A DNA stretch of 64,000 bases from Camelus dromedarius (GCF_036321535.1 NC_087436.1:38628001-38692000); one strand, 5' to 3'. Counted from the stretch's first letter, positions 26,210-39,745 are shown. Notes: generated by a model from the sequence alone, not told the origin. Program-made: numbers and translations.

Positions 26210-26660
26210 GTGCTGATTCTGAGCTTGTTTGCCCTCAGGTCCATTTCTCATCTCCATCCCCAGACTAGGAGACTCTGGGAGAAGAGGGCTAATGCCTGCT
26301 TGCTCGCATTTCCCTGCTCCCTTATCAACTGCATACAGCTGAGTTCAATTAATAGGTTCAATTAATCTCCTAGGTGGAGATTAAAGAATGGGAGGAAGGG
26401 GGAAGCCAGGGCATTCCTCCTCCTTTTGAGTCAGCCAGTGTTTCTGGAGACAGCTAACTCTCCTCTATGATCCTAGTTTTGTAACCATGGCCCCCAAACT
26501 TCTACACTCACCCTTTCCCTGTGTACACCCAGATGGTAGTAGTTTCCTGATGTTGCTAATCTGTGGTTTGCTTTACTCTCCCCTTTGGCTTCTCTGCTCC
26601 TCCATCATCTAAATAAACCAATTATCTCCTTTAAATTCCCTACATTTACTTGATTCAGCC
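26210..26660 (+). mobile_element. ERVL LTR33-like solo LTR
   Basis: Contains gggaggaagggggaagccagggcatt and cccctttggcttctctgctcctccatc...taaattccct. Confidence 0.55.
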
Positions 26661-27204
26661 TGATGCATTCTCTAGTAGTATTTAGCTTTGTGCCTTAATC
26701 AGAGGAAAAGCTCATTTTTTTAAAAGCAATGAATATCATGATGGCCTTCCACACTGCAGCACAATTACTGGGAAATGCTCATTCTTACCTGTTTAACATC
26801 ATATGCAATAAAATTGACCAAACATTGCTAACTGAGTGTCACATATCACCAGCTCCAAAAACACAGCATCCCATTTCTCCATCACCTCAGCAATACTATC
26901 TTCATTCACTGATTCTGCAGACTGTGGATTTAGTTCACAGTTTCTCTTTCTTTATTGCCTTTCAATAGCATCTTTTTAGATTCCACTAAATGTGCAGCTT
27001 ATTAAAATCTTACCTCTTTGGGCCTCCATGCTCTCAACTATCCAAAATGACTTGTCAAAACTTATTAAGTAACTGAGCAAGTATCTATTGGGAGCCCAGC
27101 ATCTGCCAAACAGTATGCAAAGAAGAAGCTACAGGGTCACCAAGATACAGTCTCTCTGAAATCTCAGTAAGTTGGCAATTATAACGCAATATGATAAAGG
27201 ATAT

Positions 27205-27740
27205 TTTGGTAGGCAGAATTTCGAGATTCCCTACAATCCCCTACCCGTGGTGTACATACCATGTACAATTCCTTCCCCTTAAGTATGATTTATGAATATA
27301 AGAGGGTAGTCATTCCATTGATTAGGTTACAACATACGTCAAAGGTGATGGGTAGTCATCCTGTGATTACACAATGTTACATAAGACTGAGTCTTAGAAG
27401 ACTGAGAAGAAAGATTCTCCTGCTGGTCCTAAAGAAGCAAACTGCTGTGTGTAGACAGGACCACATGGTAACGACTTGAGCTGAGAGTGGGCCCAGTCAA
27501 TAGCTATTAAGAAAACAGGGACCTCAGTTCTATAGCTGTAAGGAAATAAATTCTGCCAACAACATGAAGGAGCTTGGAAACTTCACTTTCCCTAGTCAAG
27601 CCTCCAAATGAGGATATAGCCAGCCAACATCTTGATCTTGGTCCTAGATCCTGACCCACAGAAACTGAGAAAATAAATTTTATTGTTTCAAGCTACTATG
27701 TTTGTGGTAATTTATTACATAGCAATAGACAAAGAAAATA
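27205..27740 (+). mobile_element. MaLR solo LTR (MLT1E/F-like)
   Basis: Starts tggtaggcagaatt, contains aattctgccaacaac and ends tttcaagctactatgtttgtggtaatttattacatagcaataga. Confidence 0.8.
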
Positions 27741-28767
27741 GATTTGACAGGGGTAAGCAGAGGATATTAGAACACATAGGAAAAGACCTAACTCAGCCTG
27801 TGGTCAGGGGCAACTTTCTGAAAGAAGACTGAAAACTGAGACCTGAAGACTCTGCAAGGGTTAGTCAAGCAAGGGGGTTGGGGAGCAGAAAAAGGAGGAA
27901 TAAAGAGGTACCCCAGATAGAGAATCCAAGAAGTGTGTGTGTGTATGGGAGAGAGAGAAACACAGACAACAAAAATCCTTCTCATTAGGTCTCCAGTAAT
28001 TTTCTAATAACCTCCAAACCATACTTAAACCATATACTTTAAGATTATTCACTCCATGCTTCTACTCCATCCAACCACTCTCATCACACTCTATACTTTA
28101 ACCAGTAACCTCCCCTTAAGTTAGGAAAGCTAGTGTACCCTGCAACTCCTGTATCAGAGATTTTATAATATCCTCAGTGCAGAGAACAGCTTCTTTAACT
28201 CACAATAGGTCTTCCCTATCTGTTCACATAACAACCGTTTCATCATCTCCAGAACGCCACCTTGAACTACTTCCTTTTAGTCTCTACCCAGAATCTCACA
28301 CCTCACTACCAATAGTGCATTTGTGTAATGATTGAGAAGCTCTGCTCCTTGGCTTCTCAACAGCTAGGATCGCATCCAGTTTATAGTCTGTCTTGTTTTA
28401 GTTTCTCTTATTATATCATAAATGCCTGCTTACTGGCTACTTATTTTCTTACATGCAAGGCTTAATTACATCTAAGCTATTCAAGTAGAAAGAGATCTCT
28501 CTTATCCCTAACCCTAATTAAACTTAAAAGCTTTTGCAGAAAAGCTTTTAAAAGCTTTTGCACAGAAAAGGAAACCATCAACAAAATGAAAAGACAACCT
28601 ACTGGACGGGAGAAAGTATTTGCAAATGATATGACTGATAAGGGGATAATATCCAAAATATATAAACAGCTCATACAATTCAACATTTTAAAAAATTTAA
28701 ACAACCCGATTAAAAAATAGGCAGAGGATCTAAATAGACATTTTTCCAAAGAAAACATACAGATAAA

Positions 28768-29595
28768 TAAACTCAAAATGACTTAAAGACTTAAATATAA
28801 AACAAAACACTATAAACCTCCTAGAAGAAAACAGGCAAAACATTCTCTAACGTTAATTTTAACAGTGTTCTCCTAGGGCAGTCTATCAAGGCAAGAAATA
28901 AAAGCAAAAAAAAAAAAAAAGAAACCTAATTAAACTTATAAGCTTTGTACAGCAAAGGAAACAATACACAAAACAAAAAGACAACATACAGAATGTGAGA
29001 AAATATCTGCAAATGATGCGACTGTCAAGGGTTTAATTTCCAGAATATATAAACAGCCCATACAACTTAATAACAAAAAAACAAACAAACAACTCAATCC
29101 AAAAATGGTCAGAAAACTTAAACAAGCAATTATCCAATGAAGACGATAGGCCAATAGGCACATGAAAAAAATGCTCAGTATTACTAATAATCAGAGAAAT
29201 GTGAATCAAAACTATAATGAGGTATCACCTCACACCAGTCAGAATGGCCATCATTCAAAAGTCAACAAATGATAACTGCTGGAGAGGGTGTGGAGAAAAG
29301 GGAATCCTTCTGCATGTTGGTGGGAATATAGTATGCTGCAGCCTATATAGAAAACAGTATGGAGAGTCCTTAAAAAACTAAAAATAGGCTAACCATCTGA
29401 TCCAGCAATCCCACTCCTAGACATGTCTGGGGGGAACTCTAATTTGAAAAGATACATGTACCCCAATGTTCATAGTATCACTATTTACAATAGCCAAGAC
29501 ATGGAAACGACCTAAATGTCCATTGACAGAGGACTAGATAAAGAAGTTGTGGTATATATACATGTGTGTGTGTGTATATATATATATATGTGTCT

Positions 29596-29638
<43 letters not shown>

Positions 29639-30140
29639 AAATAGAATACTACTCAGCCATAAAAAAGAATACAATGATGCCATTTGCAGCAACATGGATG
29701 GACTTGGAGACTGTCATTCTAAGTGAAATAAGCCAGAAAGAGAAAGAAAAATACCATATAATATCACTTATATGTGGAATCTAAAAAAAAAAAAGACAAA
29801 TGAACTTATTTGCAAAACAAAACAGACTCACAGACATAGAAAACAAATTTATGGTTACCAGAGTGGGGAAGGGGATGGGAAGGGATAAATTAGGAGTTTG
29901 GAATGTGCAGATACTAACTACTATATATAAAATAGATAAAGAGTTTCTTCTGTAGAGCACAGGGAACTATATTCAATATCTTGTAGTAACCTATAATGAA
30001 AAAGAATATGAAAAGGAATATATGTACGTGTGTGTATGACTGGAACATTATTCTGTACACCAGAAATTGACACAACGTTGTAAACTGACTATAACTCAAT
30101 TTAAAAAAAAAAGGTTAAAAAAAGAAAGAAAGAAAGAAAA
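28768..30140 (+). mobile_element. 5'-truncated L1 (element B) inserted in element A, with an internal (TG)n microsatellite at 29563-29635
   Basis: ORF2 sequence restarts upstream (aactcaaaatgacttaaagacttaaat). It has a full 3' UTR and an A/GAAA tail at 30103-30140. Confidence 0.85.
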
Positions 30141-30539
30141 GTTTTAAAAAATGTGCTCAACATTATTAATCATAAGAGAAATGCAAAATTAAAACCACAA
30201 TTAGATATGACCTCACATTTGCCAGAATGGCTATATCAAAGAGAACACAAATAACAAATGTTGGTGAGGATGTAGAGAAAAGGGAACCCTCCTACATTGT
30301 TGGTGGGAATGTAGACTGATGCAGCCACTGTGGAAAACAGTACAGCAGTTTCTCGAAAAAACTAAAAATAGAATTACCAGTAATTCCACTCCTGGGTATA
30401 TATCCCAAAAAAACAAAAACACTAACTCAAAAAGATACATGCACCTCAATGTTCACAGCAGCATTATTTACAATGCCAAGATATGGAAGCGACCTAAGTG
30501 TCTATCAACAGATGAAAGGATAAAGAAGTGGTGTATATA

Positions 30540-32303
30540 TTGATGAAGGAAATTAAAGAAGACTTTAAAAAATGGAAAGATATTCCATGCTCTTGGATTG
30601 GAAGAATCAATATTGTTAAAATGGTCACACTGCCCAAGGCAATCTACAGATTTAATGCAATCCCTATAAAATTACCCAGGACATGTTTCACAGAACTAGA
30701 ACAAATCATAATAAAATTTATATGGAACTATCAAAGACCTAGAATTGCCAAAGCATTACTGAAGAGAAAGAATGAGGCTGGAGGAATAACTCTCCCAGAC
30801 TTCAGACAATACTACAGAGCTACAGTCATCAAGACGGCACGGTATTGGTACCAAAACAGACATATAGACCAATGGAACAGAATAGAGAGCCCAGAAATGA
30901 ACCCACAAGCTTTTGGTCAACTAATCTTCAACAAAGAAGGCAAGAATATACAATGGAATAAAGACAGTCTCTTCAGCAAATGGTGTTGGGAAAACTGGAC
31001 AGCAGCATGTAAAACAATGAAGCTGGAACACTCCCTTACACCATGTACAAAAATCAACTCAAAATGGATCAAAGACTTAAACATAAGACAAGATACAATA
31101 AACCTCCTAGAGAAAAACATAGGCAAAACATTATCTGACATACATTTCAAAAATTTTCTCCTAGAAGAAATAAAAGCAAGAATAAACAAATGGGACCTAA
31201 TGAAACTTACAAGCTTCTGCACAGCAAAGGAAACCATAAGTAAAACAAGAAGACAACCTACGGAATGGGAGAACATTTTTGCAAATGAAACCGACAAAGG
31301 CTTGATCTCCAGAATATATAAGCAGCTCGTACGACTCAATGAGAAAAAAATAAACAACCCAATCCAAAAATGGGCAGAAGACCTAAACAAGCAATTCTCC
31401 AAGGAAGACATACAAATGATCAAAAAGCACATGAAAAAATGCTCAATATCACTAATTATCAGAGAAATGCAAATCAAAACTACAATGAGGTATCACCTCA
31501 CACCAGTCAGAATGGCCGTCATTCAAAAATCCACAAATGACAAATGCTGGAGAGGCTGTGGAGAAAGGGGAACCCTCCTACATTGCTGGTGGGAATGCAG
31601 TTTGGCGCAGTCACTATGGAAAACAGTGTGGAGATTCTTCAAAAGACTAGGAATAGACTTACCATATGACCCAGGAATCCCACTCCTGGGCTTGTATCCA
31701 GAAGGAACCCTACTTTAGGATGACACCTGTACCCCAATGTTCATAGCAGCACTATTTACAATAGCCAAAACATGGAAACAGCCTAAATGTCCATCAACAG
31801 ATGACTGGATAAAGAAGAGGTGGTATATTTATACAATGGAATACTACTCAGCTATAAAAACCGACAACATAATGCCATTTGCAGCAACATGGATGCTCCT
31901 GGAGAATGTCGTTCTAAGTGAAGTAAGCCAGCAAGAGAAAGAAAAATACCATGAGATCACTCATATGTGGAATCTAAAAAACAAAAACAAAAACAAACAA
32001 ACAAAAACAAAGCGTAAATACAGGACAGAAATAGACTCATAGACAGAGAATACAGACTTGTGGTTGCCAGGGGGGTGGAGGGTGGGAAGGGATAGACTGG
32101 GATTTCAAAATTGTAGAATAGATAAACAAGATTACACTGTATAGCACAGGGAAATATACACAAAATATTATGATAACTCACAGAGAAAAAAATGTGACAA
32201 TGAGTGTGTATATGTCCATGAATGACTGAAAAATTGTGCTGAACGCTGGAATTTGACACAACATTGTAAAATGATTATAAATCAATAAAAAATGTTAAAA
32301 ACA
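30540..32303 (+). mobile_element. Young 5'-truncated L1 (element C) with a nearly intact ORF2 C-terminal region
   Basis: 396-aa open frame with the CCHC motif [18 protein letters not shown]. After one TAG (31716-31718) the same frame continues. Perfect 14-bp TSD aagtggtgtatata at 30526-30539 and 32304-32317. Confidence 0.95.
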
Positions 32304-33379
32304 AAGTGGTGTATATAAACACAACGGAATACTACTCAGCCACAAAAAGAATGAAATTTTGCCATCTGCAACAACATGGATGCATATGAAGAGTATTATG
32401 CTAAGTAAAGTAAGTCAGATAAAGACAAATACTGTATGATATCACATATATGCAGAATCTCAAAATTAAATTAGAGAATATAACAAAAATAGAAAGACTA
32501 ACAGATATAGAAAACAAACTGGTGGCTACCAGTGGGGAGAGGGAAGGGGGAGGGGCAAGATAAGGGTAGGAAATTAAGAGGCACAAACTAGTATGTGCAA
32601 AATAACCTATCCAAGGATACACTGTACAATACAGGGAATATAACCAATATTTTATAATAACTATAAACAGAATATAACCTTAAAAATTATGAATCACTAT
32701 GTTGTACATCTGAAATGTATTGAATATTGTACATCAATCATACTTCAATTTTAAAAAAGAACAATATGATTACTATTATTCTGATCCTCAGGGGAGCTGA
32801 AACAGGTACACATACTTAGGATAATGCACTTCCTACAGTTAAAGAGCAAAATACCTCTTGAGTCAAGCATTCGTTTCCAGGCTTTAGGATGATAAATGAC
32901 AGATATGTTGAAAGTTGAAATGTCCTTTGAAACATTACTATAATGATACTTTTCAAATTATTTATAATAACCAGAGGAAGAACGGACTACACATGAGTAA
33001 TTTTACCTTTGTGATTTTTAACAGTGAACTTTAAATAGCACTGTTGTAAACTTAGAAAAGTTTCAGCTGATTTCCAAATCCCCAATAACTTTGTAATAAG
33101 GTGATGAGGATGCTGTTCTCAAGACAGAGGCTCAGGGCAGCCTTAAACCCAGTACATCAGAGTGTGAGCACTATGTTCAGGACAGGAGGTCAAATTGGTT
33201 CCTTCGTTATTTTCGATGTAGCTAATGAAGGGCAAACCTCAAAATGTTCAGAGCTCCAGGACTTTTCAGAAAAACACTGGAAATGGTGAGTATAATTCAC
33301 GTCAGATATTGATTTACTGAAAAATACAGATGTGGAGAGAAAATTTCAGCATTTTAATCTTTTCTAAATATGGTCTCCT

Positions 33380-33560
33380 TGGAATACAGCGGGAACGGTC
33401 TCCACTGTGAGCCAAGAGACGTGGGCTCCAGTGCTGGCTCTGCCTTAACTAGCTGTGTGGCCTTGGCAAGCCCCACCGACCTTCTGGGCTTATCTTTACA
33501 AATGAGAGGAAGGGGAGCCTGACTGGAGGACCCTACAAGTTCCTTCCAGTTTTAATAGCC
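33380..33560 (+). mobile_element. MIR/MIR3 SINE
   Basis: Contains ctggctctgccttaactagctgtgtggccttggcaag...tttacaaatgagagg...gttccttccagttttaa. Confidence 0.7.
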
Positions 33561-34178
33561 AATGGAATAAATGACTTGGTATCTTCTATGTATTATTGGT
33601 ATGTTTTAGTTTTTAAGTGGATGCACCTTTGAGAGCAGCACTTTAAATAAAACATGGGTTTAAGGCCTCATGGAAAGACATCTTGATGGCTGCTGGCTGG
33701 AGGAAAATAGACTGCAATTAGCATCTGGAGTCAAGACAAAATTAAGTAACATAGGAAGAGTATTCAAATATTTACCTAGGCATAGAAATGGGACTTTCAA
33801 GATTATCATATTAAAAATTATAATTATTTCTAAATGTACATGATTAGTAATCAGGTGAAAAAATAAAGCACAGCATACTGTAAATAAAATTAATCTTACA
33901 TATAAACTTCAATTATAGAAAGCAATGCCTTCCTATTAATTACTCTCAAACATTCAAGTTGGATTTTAATTCATAACAGCCAAAATTTTGAATGAATTTA
34001 TATAACATTTGTATAATACTAATATATCTGAATCACTGCAAATAGGCTGAGAATTACTAAGCATTATGCATTTCTGAAACTAGACTTCCTAGAATTGTAC
34101 TTCTGTAACTCATTTCTTGCCTCAGGGAGCAGTACAAGCCCAGAGAAAGCCTTTATGCCTCAGATTCACACATGGAAT

Positions 34179-34488
34179 TGTTGCCGAGTCCAAACTCGTT
34201 CTGCTCGCCACACGACAGGCCAATAAATTGGGAGACTAGGTGTTGGGGCAAGGAATAAAGACATTATTCAGAAAGCCGGCAACAGAGAGGATAGCACACT
34301 AATGTCTTGGAGAACCATCCTGCTCTAGTCAGAATATAGGCTCCTTTTATACAAAAAATAAGGGAGGGGGTATGGTTGATTGTTGTAATTTTCTAGCTGC
34401 AGGCATTCTTTCTTCTTGCAGCCATCCCCGTGGGCCAGGTCATGGTGTCCCTGTAAACCTCCAACATAACAAAGGTTATTCTCTACTA
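34179..34488 (-). mobile_element. Partial artiodactyl ERV LTR
   Basis: Starts tgttgccgagtccaaactcgttctgctcgcc, with retained CpGs and complements of poly(A)/TATA-like signals (attattcag, cttttatac). Confidence 0.6.
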
Positions 34489-34739
34489 CAAAATGGGAAT
34501 ACAGTAATACTGTATTTCCCAAAATCTTCCTAGAAGGGTAGTATATTTCACCAAGGTAGACTGGAAGTAGGGACTGGAAGTGCTAATCAATGTTCTTTCT
34601 AACAGCTAGTGGAAAGTCAGTTTAAAGCTGATGAAAAGGCATTTCCCTTGGCAACTCATGTGAATTTTACTGTCATCCTCCAAAATCTCTGACTCCTAGT
34701 TTATGAATCTAGTTTTTGGTTTTTGTTGCTGTGTTGATT

Positions 34740-34980
34740 TTTTTAAATTAATTAATTAATTATTCTAATTGAAGTAAAGTCAGTTACAATGCATAAATTT
34801 ATGGCATACAGCACAATGTCCCAGTCATGCATATACATACATATATTCATTTTCATATTCTTTTTCATTAAAGGTTATTACAAGATATTGAATATAGTTC
34901 CCTGTGATATACAGAAGAAACTTGTTTTTTTAATCTACTTTTATATATAGTAGCTAACATTTGCAAATCTCAAACTTCCA
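34740..34980 (-). mobile_element. L1 3' UTR fragment
   Basis: aattgaagtaaagtcagttacaat...caagatattgaatatagttccctgtg, the reverse complement of the 3' end seen at 1-545. Confidence 0.85.
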
Positions 34981-37900
34981 AAGATATTGTTTCTCTTATA
35001 TTATTTTCGTTTTGGTTTTCCCTCCCCTAGGAACTCTAAGAAAAAATGGGATAATCTGTAGGCATGTTTTGAAACTGCATCTTTTGTATCACTTCTCATC
35101 AGATTATCTAACCCCTGATCCGAATTGTAATACAAGTACCCAATCTCATTTCTGTCCTAGTGGAATCAAACAGTTTGGAGATATCTCCCAAATCCATTAT
35201 CTGTTCTCTCTACATTCCTCAGGAGACAAACTTAATTGCCAAACCTCTCCCAGGAGAGCTGGTAAACAATGAACAAAAGAAAGGGACCTCAATAAGTGAG
35301 AGGAGAAATAAATTAAGGAGATAGTCTACACACTGAGCACACAAACACATACATACATACACAGGTGTTTATCTATGTTTTGACCAAATGCCACATTTAG
35401 GAAGTATTAGAAAAATTTATATATGCTATATCCATGTTAAGCATTGGATTACTGTGAATAATTCTAAGTCTGCAGTTACCGTTACTAAATGGCAACTGTG
35501 TGTCTTCTAGGTGGTCTTGACAAAATTGGTCTTCTCTGAATAAAAGGAGGTGTCTTCCAACATGGGTGATCTGCTACTTTTGAGCTTTTTACTTTGGTTG
35601 CTCTAGGATGTTTAATGGTCATTTAATCAACCTTAAAGTACTCATTGAACTAGCTCTAACTAAACATTGTGATTTAAATACTGAGATTAGTGAGATATTG
35701 CTCCAGGGAAATTGATGTTTTGAATGTTTCTAGGGCAACAGTTAATCTCTCCCAGCAGCAAGTCTGTTAGAAAATAAGGGGATAGGAATATTCAAACCCT
35801 TTTAAATTAAAGGAAACACCGTATTTGAGGATTAAGGTCCACGGAGCGATTCAAGGACACGTTAATGATACGAGGCAGCATGGTGTTTAAGTAATGGCAT
35901 AGTTACTCAGAAAAGCAGAAATCAAGAAAATTTCACATTTGTTTGGGTAAGTTTGGTTTGGATTGGTTTTGCATGTTACTTTCTGTGGTTTTTCAATATA
36001 GTTTAACTGCTGATCTGCCTAGAGGTTTGGCTTCAGGAGAATCTGAAGTAACTGTATAGCCCTGACAGCAAAAGAGATGAATCTAGGTGCAGAATTTTAA
36101 AATAAGCAAATGCAGAGGAGAATGAAGGCAATTATTTGTGTTTCTTTTGTTCATTTTCTATGATCCTACCATTCTTCTTAGAACTACCTTTCTTCTCTAC
36201 TATTTAATTTCCATTATTGATAAACCTGGAAAACAGATATTCCTCTTCTGTAACAGAATATTCTCAGTTATAATATTTTTTTTCTTTCAAAGTCTGCAAA
36301 GATTTAGATCAAGAACTAACACTCTCTTAGAAATGAAAGTGTCCTTTTTTATGTCTTTTTCCTCTCATTCATGGTGAGCAGGGAGTTGGGAAGTGGAAGA
36401 CACAAGTAGTTCTAGTTTTATATACTTTATCAGTGGGTAGGGGGAGGAAGGAGCCTTTCCATCTTCAGGAATCCTGTCGCATAATGCAGGTATGGGTAAG
36501 AAGGATCAAATCATTGTCAACTGATAAAGTATCTATCTAATTGATGACACTCCTGAGAGAAGCAGAAATTCAAAAGGCTTTACAGAATAATGAGGGATAC
36601 TAAAGGAAATCTGGAAGAAAATTAAAGGGGAACAAAATCATACACATAATCACATAACCTGTTCAGATTAAAAATCTCCCTAAATGGGTAGTTTGTTTAC
36701 TGTTGTTTTATTGGGGAGGGGTCAGAGTGTAGAGATGGTACAGTTTTAAGAACCTGAGATAACTCAATTCAAGGAAAGAAGAAAAGCTCATTGAGCATTT
36801 AACACTTGTCCTTGTGACTTCAAGGACAAGAAAGACTTCAGGAAGCTTGTATCTTGTAGAAAACACAGGATGAAAGGTTTCTGGGTGGGGGCAGTACTCA
36901 CTAGTTTAGTGTACCAGCTCACCTTAACTTCTTTCTTTTTAAACAAGTCTATGTTATACCAAGAAATTAAAGTTTTGTTTTTCTTCTTTTCTTACCAAAG
37001 TAGCTACAGATAGGGAGGGGCTTTATTTTGTTTAATAGAGTAATTTGAAAAACAGTTCCCTGAAGAATCAGAGTAATCTCAATATACTTAGAAACAAAAA
37101 CATAAGTGAATGGAAATTTCCCAACAGTGTGTTATGTGACAGGCTGACCTCTGTAAAATGCATATCTGCTTGTTTTTTCTTTTTAACAAATGTGCTATTT
37201 TAACACCCATTCACTAATGAGAGCTGCCAATATTTCCAGCTGACAAAGAGTCAACACAGAAGGATTAAGAACATGGATAATAATTTCCTTGTAGGTTGAA
37301 AGGAAAATTATCACTCATGCTTGTTTAAAGGCAGTCTTTGTGCCAGTATTAAGTTCCTTGGGGAAGGGAGAGTTCCCAGTGCTTTACAAAATAAAATTAA
37401 AAAATTCAGTGCACTCAACTTGTTTTACATATCTGAGCACCTTTTGAAGACCTTCTAAAGAAGTGCAATTTTTCTACATTTTCTCTGATCCAATAATATT
37501 TTTAGGACTACCTTTCCTCTCCATTATTCTAGATTATCACCATTTTGCCTCTTCTGTGTTAGAGCAAACAAAAGTAGATGAGAGAAGACTTGGCAAGTTA
37601 AAAATAGCAAGCACTTTGAAAAAAAAAAAAAAGGAAGATTTAAGAATTATTTGTATTATTATGTATTCTCTGGTAAATCTATTTCTTGGCTACACCTATT
37701 AAAAAAAAATCACACCCAAGGACCATGTTAGAATATATTAATTGTGAAAGCACTCCTCACCAACTGCCAATTGAAAAAAAAAACTCAGGAGGCAATGAAT
37801 TTAGTCAAGATAGACCTTCTGAGTCCCAGGCCTGTGCTGCTGAAAGGAATAAATAAAATTAAGATACTTTTACTTGTAACTTTTAATTCTGGCAGATTAA

Positions 37901-38371
37901 ACAACTAAATCTCTTTTCCCTAAATTATTAACATTTCTAGGTAGGGTGGGATTATTCAGAGGTTATTTTTCAAAAATTTCCAAAACTCTGGCACAAGGCT
38001 CTGGACAATGTCCCTATAATGTTCCTTCCACTTAAACAATGGTTTTGAAGGGGGAAAAAATCATTTTAGTTATATATTGTAAACAGCCTAGTTGACAAAG
38101 AGCTTTCATAAGCATATTAGTTTTGGTGAAATAAACTGGCAGAGAAACTAAGTTGAGGGGAAAGGATGCCAAAGAGGAAACAATAGAGGAATATAAATTT
38201 TAAAGTAATAAAAGGAAGAGGTTTAGTAACTAGCAATAAATTGTTTAGTCATGGCCATTTATTGATATTCTACTTCCAACAACATGCTAAAAGTCATACT
38301 AAAATCTTTATATTTTAGAGGTACATTTAATATTTTCCTCAAAGTCTTAAGGAACTGTTTATCCAATTTAA

Positions 38372-39330
38372 TGTTTTTTTTTTTAAATTGAAGTATAGTC
38401 AGTTTACAATGTTTTATCAATTTCTGATGTACAGGATAATGTTTCAGTCATACATATACATGCATATATTCCTTTTCATATTATTTTTCATATAGATATG
38501 TATAGTTACCACCAGATATTGAATATAGTTCCCTGTGCTCTACAGAAGAAACTCTTTGTTTACCTATTTTATATACAGTAGTTAGTATCTGCAAATCTTG
38601 AACTCTCAGTTTATCCCTTCCCCCTGGTAACAAGTTTGTTTTCTATATTGGTGAATCTGTTCTTGTTTTGTGAATATGTTCATTTGCATCCTTTTTTTTT
38701 AAGATTCTGCATGTGAGTGATCTGATATGGTATTTTTCCTTCTCTTTCTGGTTTATCTCACTTAGAATGATGCTCTCCAAGTCCATCCATTTTGCTGTAA
38801 ATGGCATTATTTTATTCTTTTTTATGGCCGAATAATATTTCACTGTATAAATATACCACAACTTCTTTATCCAGTCCTCTGTCAGTGGACATTTAGGTTG
38901 TTTCCATGTCTTGTCTATTGTAAGCAATGATACTATGAACATTGGGGTACATGTATCTTTTTGAATTAGAGTTCCCTCTGGATATATGTCAAGGAGTGGG
39001 ATTGCTGGATCCTATGGTAAGTCTATTTTTAGTTTTTTGATGAATCTCAGTACTGTTTTCCATAATGGCTGCACCAAACTAATACAAATCTAAATCCAAA
39101 AATGGGCAGAAGACCTAAATAAGCAATTCTCTGGTGAAGACATACAAATGGCCAATAGACACATGAAAAAATGCTCAGTATCATTAATTATCAGAGACAT
39201 GCAAATCAAAACTACAATGAGTTACCACTTCACGCCAGTCAGAAAGAACATTATTAAAAAGTTCATATATGATAAATGCTGAAGAGTGTATAGAGAAAAG
39301 GGAATCTTCCTACAATGTTGGTTGGAATAT
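38372..39330 (-). mobile_element. L1 with a 5' inversion (minus segment 38372-39081, inverted plus segment about 39085-39330)
   Basis: Poly-T, 3' UTR and ORF2 tail on the minus strand, then the immediately upstream ORF2 segment in the opposite orientation. Confidence 0.85.
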
Positions 39331-39537
39331 ACTTCTTAAAATATTTGATATAAAATTCTAGATACAACAAATATAGTAAAATTATCCCATACTTATCCCT
39401 ACTATGTTTTCCCTTCCTCTATAGGTATTTGGAGGGTCATAAAGCAGAGTGTTTAAGATTCCATGTCCACATCTGGTAACTAACTTGACACACTCAAGTT
39501 GTGAGGATTGTTTGATGGTCAGCACAAATTTAGTCTT

Positions 39538-39745
39538 AGCAGTATGATGGAGCTAGTTCATTCTACCTTCAAGAGCTAATTATTAAACTTTCAGGAGGTT
39601 TTGGAGTCAATTGACAACCCATTAGTAGTTTGAAATTGGCCATGTGGGAGTATTTACACCATGCTAAATGTCAAATGTTATGAATCAGGCTTCCCTAAAC
39701 CCTAGCCCGAGAGCTGGTTAATATGCACCTACCAGTGCACCATTG
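39538..39745. mobile_element. MER63A-like hAT-Blackjack MITE
   Basis: Contains tgaaattggccatgtgggagtatttacaccat and gagagctggtta...taccagtgcaccattg. Confidence 0.7.

Larger units (their letters stand above)
28512..32760 (+). mobile_element. Older L1 (element A), split into 28512-28767, 30141-30539 and 32304-32760 by two younger L1 insertions
   Basis: The three pieces are collinear in L1 ORF2/3' UTR order. The last piece ends catacttcaattttaaaaaa. Confidence 0.8.

Noticed and set aside
30917..31477. 186-aa antisense ORF
   Set aside because: It is the antisense frame of L1 ORF2. Similar frames occur at 28477, 28936 and 63446.
30528..31718. 396-aa ORF as a host gene
   Set aside because: It is the L1 ORF2 C-terminal region. 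The nominal start lies in the TSD and the element is 5'-truncated.
33101..33289. Rab-like GSFVIFDV peptide
   Set aside because: It is a short resemblance only, with no GTPase G-box motifs in neighbouring candidate exons.
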